The notes under the pieces: generated by a model | Databases searched by the model: none | What the model was told of the DNA's origin: nothing | What the model saw: only the letters and a program-made list of their open reading frames with translations | Source of the DNA: Candidatus Omnitrophota bacterium | Lineage (GTDB): Bacteria > Ratteibacteria > UBA8468 > MWAK01 | Length of the DNA: 14,072 nucleotides | Direction: 5' to 3' | NCBI GenBank assembly: GCA_043826355.1 | Contig: JBDRQI010000032.1 | Coordinates: 1 to 14,072, forward strand | Translations under genes and position numbers: made by a program | Shown: in pieces, positions 7,160-14,072 of the stretch | Numbering within the stretch: the stretch's first letter is position 1 | Layout of the letters: every line of letters begins with the position of its first letter

Positions 7160-7211
7160 GCAGGGGCTTGATTTATCAAACCCGCGCGGGTCGGATAAAT
7201 CCGACCCCTAC
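7160..7211. repeat. REP doublet (GTAG-type repetitive extragenic palindromes in inverted orientation)
   Basis: GCAGGGGCTTGATTTATCAAACCCG-CG-CGGGTCGGATAAATCCGACCCCTAC. Each half is a hairpin preceded by G(T/C)AG, e.g. GTAG-GGGTCGGAT-TT-ATCCGACCC on the minus strand. Confidence 0.85.
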
Positions 7212-7912
7212 TCTAAATACAGCAGGCGGTTACATCCTTCGCAAAAAACCAGGTCGGCCCCTTTATGCAGTTGGTCCAGCGTGCCGGTAGGCAGTCGCGT
7301 CTGACATCCGGTACAAATGTTGTCCTTCACCCCGGTTAAGGCTTTACGATTCGTTTTTGCTTTCAGAACCCGCTCGTAGGCAACTAACATTTCTCGGGGA
7401 ATCGCTCCGGCAAGAATTGGCCGGCGTTTTTCCTCTTCGGAAAGTTCCGCCCGCAGCCCCGCTTCTTCCCGGGCCAACCCCTCCAAATTTTCGTCCAGCG
7501 CACCTTTTTCCCTCTCCATGCGCTTCTCTTCTTCTTTACGTATCTTTTTAACCCGAATCACATTGTCCATCAGCAAAAGCACGTGTTCTTCCAAGCTGGA
7601 AATCTTTTTTTTAAAACCGTCAATTTCGGACGTCAAAGCGGCATATTCCCGGTTGGTTTTGACATTCATCAGGTTCCGCTGCGCTTTCTTTATCTCTTCC
7701 TCCAGACTGCTAACCTCCAACTCTGTTTCTTTCAGAGTGACTTCTTCTTTTTTAACCTCTTTGTTCAAAGTAGCCAATTCTTCTGTTTCCCGCTTAAATT
7801 TATCACTTAGTTTTCCAATTTCAATCGGAATTTCAGCAAGCCGTTTTTTTTGGCGGTAAATTACCAGGTCAGAATTTTGTAAATCCCGCAACCGTTCAAT
7901 TGTCGTGGCCAT
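7208..7912 (-). CDS. Coiled-coil / C4-type zinc-ribbon protein (DUF164, HP0958/CT398-like)
   Basis: Long coiled coil with KTNREYAALTSEI and C-terminal CTGC...CEGCNRLLY. The position before rnhA-rnpB is typical for this family. Confidence 0.9.
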   Translation of the reverse strand: MATTIERLRDLQNSDLVIYRQKKRLAEIPIEIGKLSDKFKRETEELATLNKEVKKEEVTLKETELEVSSLEEEIKKAQRNLMNVKTNREYAALTSEIDGFKKKISSLEEHVLLLMDNVIRVKKIRKEEEKRMEREKGALDENLEGLAREEAGLRAELSEEEKRRPILAGAIPREMLVAYERVLKAKTNRKALTGVKDNICTGCQTRLPTGTLDQLHKGADLVFCEGCNRLLYLE

Positions 7913-8156
7913 AGTTTTTAACTACCCATTCCCCCTCCCGAATCAAACCCAGTTCCCGCCGGGCCAACTTTTCCGTAAGAAAAGGGCTCGTCTTCAACGC
8001 TGCTATCTCTTCCCTTAAAAGCCGGTTTTGCTCTGACAACTCAACTTCCTGCTGCCGGCAGAAACGCAGGGTGGCGCTTAAACGATTCATCCTTAAAAAC
8101 CCGGGCAGGTAAACAACTACTGCCAACAACCAGATTAAGACCGTTACCAATCTCAT
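7896..8156 (-). CDS. ftsB: Septum formation initiator FtsB/DivIC family protein
   Basis: N-terminal TM helix, coiled coil (ELSEQNRLLREEIAALK) and the EKLARRELGLIREGE motif typical of FtsB/DivIC. Confidence 0.85.
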   Translation of the reverse strand: MRLVTVLIWLLAVVVYLPGFLRMNRLSATLRFCRQQEVELSEQNRLLREEIAALKTSPFLTEKLARRELGLIREGEWVVKNYGHDN

Positions 8157-8200
8157 TCCCGTCAGTCAACTTTTTCCGAAATCAGTAGAAATATCTTTAA

Positions 8201-8230
8201 AATATACTACTTGCAGTACTGTTTTGTCAA
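8201..8230 (-). promoter_or_regulatory. Putative sigma70 promoter for the ftsB...ftsI transcript
   Basis: TTGACA (8230-8225), 18-nt spacer, TATATT (8206-8201). Confidence 0.55.
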
Positions 8231-8236
8231 TTTTAA

Positions 8237-8265
8237 TTGTCCTGCAGTTCAAAATCTGCTATAAT
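8237..8265 (+). promoter_or_regulatory. Putative sigma70 promoter P1 (extended -10)
   Basis: TTGTCC (8237-8242), 17-nt spacer ending in TGc, TATAAT (8260-8265). Confidence 0.55.
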
Positions 8266-8309
8266 TTTGTATTTTCATATGAAGCTAAAAATTTGGAGCT
8301 TTCGTTCAA

Positions 8310-8339
8310 TTGACAAATAGATATATCGGAGCATAAAAT
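8310..8339 (+). promoter_or_regulatory. Putative sigma70 promoter P2
   Basis: TTGACA (8310-8315), 18-nt spacer, TAAAAT (8334-8339). Confidence 0.45.
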
Positions 8340-8346
8340 AAAGATT

Positions 8347-8375
8347 TTGACGCTACATTATCATGGGAGTAAAAT
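8347..8375 (+). promoter_or_regulatory. Putative sigma70 promoter P3
   Basis: TTGACG (8347-8352), 17-nt spacer, TAAAAT (8370-8375), just upstream of the GAGGAG RBS. Confidence 0.5.
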
Positions 8376-8393
8376 ATGCTACGAGGAGATAAC

Positions 8394-9212
8394 ATGAAGA
8401 AGATATCGGCTGTATTGTCTGTCTTATTCGTTTTTATGGTCGGCGCATGTTTCGGTGAAGCACCGAAAGAAGAGCGGGTTCCGTTAAAGGAAAGAATGTT
8501 CGTCAAGGTTACCAAGGATGACGCTGTGCTTTTAGCCGGTGGAGCGATGTACGTCATCGGGGCAGACGGCATTACTTTGCCGAAGAGCCTGCTCTATTTT
8601 TCCGCCAAAGATTTTACCACCAATAAAGAACTTCTTGTCAAGAAGCCGGAAAATATTGAACTCAGTGTCGATAACCCGCAGCGGAAGCTGGTTAAAGCAA
8701 CGTTCTTGCTCGGCGATAACAAAGTCGAGAACGACATCAACCTCAATTACCGGCTCGAGCTTTACGCCGAAGTGAGAAAGGGTTATCCGCTCATAGCTCT
8801 TATGTTCAGGTTTGTCTACATGGGCGGGGGCGTTCATGATTGCGGGACAAACTGGGGAGTGTGTTCCGCGAACGAGGAGGACCCTTTCAAGTATTACACG
8901 ATTCCTGATAAAAGCGGGAAGGAGCAGACTTACCGCCTGGTAGCCGCCAGTAAGTTAAAAAGCAACAAGATCGGTTACGCCAAATGGCTTTATCTTCACA
9001 GTGGCAAAGGCTACGGCATCAGTCTGGTCTGCCCGGCCATGTTGGGGAAGGGTGAAGATTTTATCTTCATCAACACGGTGCCGCCGAAAAAGAAACTGAA
9101 GAAGGGTGAATCAGCCGACGTTTTCATGGTTTTTTTCCCGGTGGATAACAACTTCAAGTCCATATCTAAAACATACGAAGAGATTAAGAAGATGGAATGG
9201 AGTTTTAAGTAA
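8394..9212 (+). CDS. Secreted hypothetical protein (272 aa)
   Basis: GAGGAG RBS before ATG 8394. Signal peptide [21 protein letters not shown]. No recognisable domain. Confidence 0.85.
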   Translation: MKKISAVLSVLFVFMVGACFGEAPKEERVPLKERMFVKVTKDDAVLLAGGAMYVIGADGITLPKSLLYFSAKDFTTNKELLVKKPENIELSVDNPQRKLVKATFLLGDNKVENDINLNYRLELYAEVRKGYPLIALMFRFVYMGGGVHDCGTNWGVCSANEEDPFKYYTIPDKSGKEQTYRLVAASKLKSNKIGYAKWLYLHSGKGYGISLVCPAMLGKGEDFIFINTVPPKKKLKKGESADVFMVFFPVDNNFKSISKTYEEIKKMEWSFK

Positions 9213-9242
9213 ACTTAAAAGGTTTATCTTAAAGGAGCGATT

Positions 9243-9764
9243 ATGGGATTTCTGAATGAAGAAGATAAGAAAAGGATTGCAGCGGAAGAGGAAATCCGGA
9301 ATCAGGTACGCCGGAAGTACGAACAGAAATCTTCAGGCGTAGCCGGGGTTCTTTCCACCCTCTGTCCCGGCCTGGGCCAGGTCTATAACGGGCAGATAGG
9401 TAAAGCTAGTCTGTTTTTTTTCTGTTTTATCTTCGGCCTGACCATTCTTTTTCTCGGAGCCATCACTCTGGTTAAAGGGCCTTCTTCCGGCGCTTCCTTT
9501 AGTATGATTAGCGATACCGGCATTTCAGAAGACCGTCCGGTGGAAATGAACGAGGAAGGTATTGTGCCGGAGGAGGTTGGTGTCGAAGTGACTCAGCCGG
9601 GTCAGGTGCAGCAGGCGCCGGAAACCGAAAAGGTAAGCAAGGAGCAGCAGACGGTTATCAAAGCGCTGACGCTGACCGGCCTGGGCGCAATCGTTGCCAT
9701 CCTGACAGTCCTTTTTGCTATCCGGGACGCTATCCGGACCGCCCACAGGAAAAACCGGGAATAA
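9243..9764 (+). CDS. Membrane protein with TM2-like motif (hypothetical)
   Basis: AAGGAG RBS. GVAGVLSTLCPGLGQVYNGQIGKASLFF motif, hydrophobic helices at both ends and an acidic linker. Confidence 0.8.
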   Translation: MGFLNEEDKKRIAAEEEIRNQVRRKYEQKSSGVAGVLSTLCPGLGQVYNGQIGKASLFFFCFIFGLTILFLGAITLVKGPSSGASFSMISDTGISEDRPVEMNEEGIVPEEVGVEVTQPGQVQQAPETEKVSKEQQTVIKALTLTGLGAIVAILTVLFAIRDAIRTAHRKNRE

Positions 9765-9807
9765 AGGGGATAGCCCATGATATGAGAGGTTACCGCAGCA
9801 TAAAAAG

Positions 9808-11694
9808 ATGGGTAAAATGAGCGAGTTTGACTTATATCTCTTTTCGGAAGGCACTCTTTACCGGGCCTACGAAAAACTGGGCAGCCACCTGAAAATCGCA
9901 AACGGAAAGAACGGCGTTTTCTTTGCCGTCTGGGCTCCTAATGCCTCCGGAGTGAGCGTGGTTGGTGACTTCAATCACTGGGACGGTCGGGAAGATACGA
10001 TGAGTCCGGTCGGTTCTTCGGGAATCTGGGAGACCTTCATCCCGGACCTGGCAGAAGGAACCCTCTACAAATACGAAATCAAAACCAGGAAAGGAGAACT
10101 TCTGCTGAAAGCAGACCCCTATGCTTTTTATTCGGAGGTCAGACCAAAAACCGCCTCAATCGTCTGGGAGATTAACCGGCATGCCTGGCAGGATGACGAT
10201 TGGATGAATAACCGGAAAGAGGAACAACACTTATCCGCACCGTTAAATATCTACGAAATCCATCTGGGTTCCTGGATGCGCGGGGAGGAAAACGCCTTCC
10301 TAAGTTACCGGGAACTTGCGCCCAAACTGGCCGAATACGTGTTGCAGATGGGTTTTTCCCACGTGGAATTTCTACCGCTTACCGAACACCCGCTGGATGA
10401 ATCCTGGGGCTACCAGACTACCGGTTACTTTGCGCCGACCAGCCGGTTTGGAACACCCGACGATTTCGCTTACCTGGTTGACTACCTCCACCAAAACGGG
10501 ATTGGCGTTGTCATCGACTGGGTACCGGCTCACTTTCCGAAGGACGGCCACAGTCTCGCCTGGTTTGACGGAACCGCCTTATACGAGCACACGCACCCTA
10601 AACAAGCCGAGCATAAGGACTGGGGAACGCTCATCTTCAACTACGGCCGCTACGAGGTTGCCAACTTCCTGATTAACAGCGCCTTGTTCTGGCTGGATAA
10701 GTACCACATTGACGGCCTGCGGGTGGATGCGGTCGCTTCCATGCTTTACCTGAATTACTCCAAAAACCCCGGTGAATGGATTCCCAACCGTTTCGGCGGT
10801 AATGAAAACCTGGACGCGATTACCTTTTTAAAAAGACTCAACCAGGTCATTTACGGCTATCATCCGGACATCTTCACCGCGGCGGAAGAATCCACGTCCT
10901 GGCCGATGGTCTCCCGACCTACTTACGCCGGCGGTCTGGGTTTCGGATACAAATGGAATATGGGCTGGATGCATGACTCGCTCCACTATATTTCCCGGGA
11001 TGCCATTTACCGGAAATTTCACCAGCAGAACCTGACCTTTGCCCTGCTTTACGCATTCAATGAAAATTTCATCCTGCCGCTCTCGCACGACGAGGTCGTA
11101 CACGGCAAAGCTTCACTCCTGGCCAGGATGCCGGGAGATGACTGGCAGAAATTTGCCAACCAGCGCCTCCTGTTGGGTTATATGTACACTCATCCGGGCA
11201 AAAAACTGCTCTTCATGGGCGCGGAAATAGGCCAGTGGCGGGAATGGGATGTTTTCTCCAGCGTTGACTGGCATCTTCTGCAGTATGAGCCGCATTCAAA
11301 ACTGCAGCGGTTTGTCCGGGATTTAAACCTGTTTTATCGAAACCAGCCGGCGCTTTACCAGTTGGATTCAAACCCGGCTGGATTTGAGTGGATTGATTTC
11401 AACGATGCGGAAGGAAGTATCATCTCCTACCAGCGTTACGGACAGGACAGAGATGATTCCCTGGTGATAATCTGTAACTTTACGCCGGTACCTCGTTTCA
11501 ACTATTGCGTCGGTGTCCGCCAACCCGGCTTTTACCGGGAACTCCTCAACAGCGATTCCGGATACTACGGCGGCAGCAACCTGGGTAACAGCGGCGGCCT
11601 GAAAAGTCAAAAAATCCCCTCTCACGGCAGACCTTTCTCCCTCTCTCTAACCCTCCCGCCCCTGGCGACCCTGATTCTAAAACACAACAATTAG
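9808..11694 (+). CDS. glgB: 1,4-alpha-glucan branching enzyme (GH13), short N-terminus form
   Basis: FAVWAPNA (CBM48), [44 protein letters not shown] (nucleophile), AEEST (acid/base) and [10 protein letters not shown]. Start may be ATG 9817. Confidence 0.97.
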   Translation: MGKMSEFDLYLFSEGTLYRAYEKLGSHLKIANGKNGVFFAVWAPNASGVSVVGDFNHWDGREDTMSPVGSSGIWETFIPDLAEGTLYKYEIKTRKGELLLKADPYAFYSEVRPKTASIVWEINRHAWQDDDWMNNRKEEQHLSAPLNIYEIHLGSWMRGEENAFLSYRELAPKLAEYVLQMGFSHVEFLPLTEHPLDESWGYQTTGYFAPTSRFGTPDDFAYLVDYLHQNGIGVVIDWVPAHFPKDGHSLAWFDGTALYEHTHPKQAEHKDWGTLIFNYGRYEVANFLINSALFWLDKYHIDGLRVDAVASMLYLNYSKNPGEWIPNRFGGNENLDAITFLKRLNQVIYGYHPDIFTAAEESTSWPMVSRPTYAGGLGFGYKWNMGWMHDSLHYISRDAIYRKFHQQNLTFALLYAFNENFILPLSHDEVVHGKASLLARMPGDDWQKFANQRLLLGYMYTHPGKKLLFMGAEIGQWREWDVFSSVDWHLLQYEPHSKLQRFVRDLNLFYRNQPALYQLDSNPAGFEWIDFNDAEGSIISYQRYGQDRDDSLVIICNFTPVPRFNYCVGVRQPGFYRELLNSDSGYYGGSNLGNSGGLKSQKIPSHGRPFSLSLTLPPLATLILKHNN

Positions 11695-12785
11695 ATACCC
11701 TCGTTGTAGTAAATGTACAAACCATCTTTGCCTGGGGCTACAAGGTCGAGACGGCCGGTCTGGCGCAGGTCAGCCAGGGCGAAGTGGATGCCGCAGCCCT
11801 TGGCCTCGCCGATTGACCCGTAATCAACAATCTGTTTGGCAAAACCCTCGCCGGTCCATTTGAAATAGTAGATACCCAGGTCGTCCCATTCGCCCGGGTC
11901 GTTACCGCAATGAGCGCGGTGGCGCTTACCGGTCACCAGTTCACACTGTCCGTCGCCGTCAATGTCGGCCCATATCAGGTCATGGTATCCCGCATTAAAC
12001 GGGTCAATAGGGTGCTTGGTCCATTTGCGTTGACCGCCGGTGAGATTCTGCTCCCACCAATCAAGGCCGTAACCATGCGCCTGACCGACAATTAAATCGC
12101 TAATCCCGTCTCCGTTGACATCCGTTACAAGGATAGGAACGCTGGCACAACCGAGGTCAAACTCGGGATGCCAAACCCAGGTTTCGCGCATCGGGTTCGG
12201 CGGCGCTTCAAGCCAGCCGTTGCGCAGGACGATGTCCCAACGCCCCTTGCCGGCAATGTCCCCGCAACCCAAACCGTGCCCCTGATTCTGGTCGTCCGGA
12301 AAAGTAAAAGCGATATGGCAGTCAAATACACCGGCCCCTTTACCGGCCGCGTCGGTTTGAAGTTTGTAAATCCGCACCTCGCGGGTACCCGGGGTATTAG
12401 GAATCACTTCCAGATGGTTGTCACCGTCAATATCCCACGCCCGCGTCGTCTCCACGCTGCCGCACGGGCCAATTATGTGTTCCGGCCAGGACTTGGTCGG
12501 GTCAGCCGGATTCTCGCGCCAACGCAAAGTTTCACCCCACCAACCACCCGTAACGTAGTCGGGACGGCCATCACCGTTGATATCCATGGCAATAGTCGAA
12601 AAATCGTCGAAGTACTCTCCGGCCGATTTAACCTCGCCGATAAAATGTTTCTTACGGAAATCCGGTCCCTGATACCAGAACGCCCCCGATACAATATCAG
12701 GGATTCCGTCCCCGTTCACGTCGAATACGCCGGCCGACTCGTAAGTTTCATCCGACACCCATATTTTTTTCCATTTAATTGGCAT
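11691..12785 (-). CDS. FG-GAP/VCBS-repeat beta-propeller protein
   Basis: Repeated DxNGDGxxD-type motifs ([54 protein letters not shown]) and W-x-x-H-x-I repeats. No signal peptide. Confidence 0.88.
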   Translation of the reverse strand: MPIKWKKIWVSDETYESAGVFDVNGDGIPDIVSGAFWYQGPDFRKKHFIGEVKSAGEYFDDFSTIAMDINGDGRPDYVTGGWWGETLRWRENPADPTKSWPEHIIGPCGSVETTRAWDIDGDNHLEVIPNTPGTREVRIYKLQTDAAGKGAGVFDCHIAFTFPDDQNQGHGLGCGDIAGKGRWDIVLRNGWLEAPPNPMRETWVWHPEFDLGCASVPILVTDVNGDGISDLIVGQAHGYGLDWWEQNLTGGQRKWTKHPIDPFNAGYHDLIWADIDGDGQCELVTGKRHRAHCGNDPGEWDDLGIYYFKWTGEGFAKQIVDYGSIGEAKGCGIHFALADLRQTGRLDLVAPGKDGLYIYYNEGI

Positions 12786-12789
12786 AATT

Positions 12790-13881
12790 TTATTCTCCGG
12801 TTAAATAACAAACTTCTTTCAGACGTTCGGCCGCATACCGATAATTGTCCCAGGGAACGTCCGGCGGAATAAGGTGGTCAAAACCGGGGATGTAGCGTCC
12901 AAACCGCACCATCTCGGCCGCTCGTGCGATTTCCCGGTCAATGTCTGCCCGCGTACCGGCCAGCGTACGCTTGTCGAGTCCGCCTATGATTCCCAATAAT
13001 GGGTATCGCTTCCGGTAATCACTAATATCATTGCCCGCCTGCACCTCAAACGGGAAGAATACGTTGACGCCATGTTCCGTCATAATGGGCACCAGTTCCG
13101 AACAGTCACCGTCGGTGTCAACCGAGAGCAACTGAACTCCGGCTTCGCGCGCGAAGGCCGCGATACGGTCGTAGCACGGCATCATAAATCTCCGGACCAT
13201 GGCCGGTGAAATCAGCGAACCCTGATGCCCTGACATGTCCTCCCAGATATGGATATGGTCAATCGGCACTTCGCACAAAACGCGTTTCCACAGCGAGATC
13301 CATAAGAACGTCAGATGTTCCATCATATCACAAATCAGCTCCGGCATTTCGTAGAAATATACCAGCAGCGCTTCCGCGCCGAGCAAATCGCGCGGTGTCC
13401 CGAAAAGACCGAATGGAAACCATCCCACCTGCACCGCTTCGCCGGTCCGGCGCAACCGTTCCCGAAACATATCCCAATCTTCCGTAACGCGGCCGGGGGT
13501 ATCGGGATTGAATCGCTCGGCTTTGAGTCGTTCCCAGTCCGCGCGGTTTTTGACGGGATAATCAAGAAACTCAGGCATTGAACCGCCATCCTTGCGGCCA
13601 CGTGCGGTGATTCCCTTCTCGTCCCGATATACCACGAGGTCGCCTTCTTCGGTAATCACCTGGCGTTCGAAAGCCGGAAAAATACCGGCCTGAAGCGCCG
13701 GGATGGCACAGGATGGGTCGAAATTAAATTCGCGTTCAAGGTCAAGGTCGGGCCGGCCCGATTCGCGTTTCCAACGTTCCATCGTTTCACCCCATGGCAA
13801 CCAGCCGATGCCGACGCCGTAGGGCGTCCGGTCCACCGAGTGACCAGAGAGACAACGAACGAACCGTTCACCGGGACTCAT
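12790..13881 (-). CDS. Uroporphyrinogen decarboxylase (URO-D/MtaA-CmuA) superfamily protein, probably not HemE itself
   Basis: MSPGERF N-terminus, WEDMSG..SLISP, DTDG, GGLDKR and YIPGFDHLIPPDVPWDNY. Start set at ATG 13881. Confidence 0.85.
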   Translation of the reverse strand: MSPGERFVRCLSGHSVDRTPYGVGIGWLPWGETMERWKRESGRPDLDLEREFNFDPSCAIPALQAGIFPAFERQVITEEGDLVVYRDEKGITARGRKDGGSMPEFLDYPVKNRADWERLKAERFNPDTPGRVTEDWDMFRERLRRTGEAVQVGWFPFGLFGTPRDLLGAEALLVYFYEMPELICDMMEHLTFLWISLWKRVLCEVPIDHIHIWEDMSGHQGSLISPAMVRRFMMPCYDRIAAFAREAGVQLLSVDTDGDCSELVPIMTEHGVNVFFPFEVQAGNDISDYRKRYPLLGIIGGLDKRTLAGTRADIDREIARAAEMVRFGRYIPGFDHLIPPDVPWDNYRYAAERLKEVCYLTGE

Positions 13882-13913
13882 AAGTGTATTCCAAGACTGG
13901 CCAATGTTGATGG

Positions 13914-14072
13914 TCAGGCAACGGCCTTTTTCCGGCACTGCATGTATTGACGGGCGACCTTCAGGTCCTCCAGGGCCTCGGCAACTTCACAGGGCGGTTT
14001 GGTTTCGCCTTGAATCGCCTGTACGAAATTAATCGCCTGCTGGCGCATGGCGTGTATCCACGGTAGCTGCGG
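13914..14072 (-). CDS. C-terminal end of a probable Gfo/Idh/MocA-family oxidoreductase (partial, absent from the ORF track)
   Basis: Manual translation PQLPWIHAMRQQAINFVQAIQGETKPPCEVAEALEDLKVARQYMQCRKKAVA*. The F-x-x-A-I-x-G...P...EALEDLKV pattern resembles Gfo/Idh/MocA C-termini. Confidence 0.6.
   Translation of the reverse strand, partial: PQLPWIHAMRQQAINFVQAIQGETKPPCEVAEALEDLKVARQYMQCRKKAVA

Noticed and set aside
5209..7211. CRISPR array or autonomous IS interpretation of the intergenic repeats
   Set aside because: No direct repeats with unique spacers, no cas genes, no transposase and no clear target-site duplications.
12168..12872. 234-aa plus-strand ORF and other short ORFs inside ftsI, rsmH, glgB and the URO-D gene
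   Set aside because: Shadow or alternate-frame ORFs within well-supported genes.
12790..13881. hemE assignment
   Set aside because: Lacks the N-terminal RQAGRY motif of true HemE, and no hem genes are adjacent.

Overview
Bacterial chromosomal window with three blocks. (1) A minus-strand run (8156 down to <1): ftsB/divIC-like, C4 zinc-ribbon protein, RNase HI, RNase P RNA (rnpB), rsmH, ftsL, ftsI. Instead of the usual murE-murF continuation, ftsI is followed by a ~140-nt rod-like structured segment, a short ORF remnant, an 838-aa secreted tailspike/adhesin-like beta-helix protein and a translationally coupled secreted protein. (2) A divergent plus-strand block: secreted hypothetical, membrane hypothetical and glgB. 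(3) A convergent GC-richer minus-strand block: partial Gfo/Idh/MocA-like oxidoreductase, URO-D-family protein and FG-GAP/VCBS repeat protein. The most striking non-gene pattern is that four consecutive spacers of the core operon each hold a miniature inverted-repeat element: a GTAG REP doublet, two 7-bp-periodic palindromes bracketing rnpB and a 9-bp-periodic palindrome. Two of these supply the upstream stop codon and three sit where the next gene's Shine-Dalgarno would be. All calls come from reading the sequence and recalled family motifs; no searches were run.
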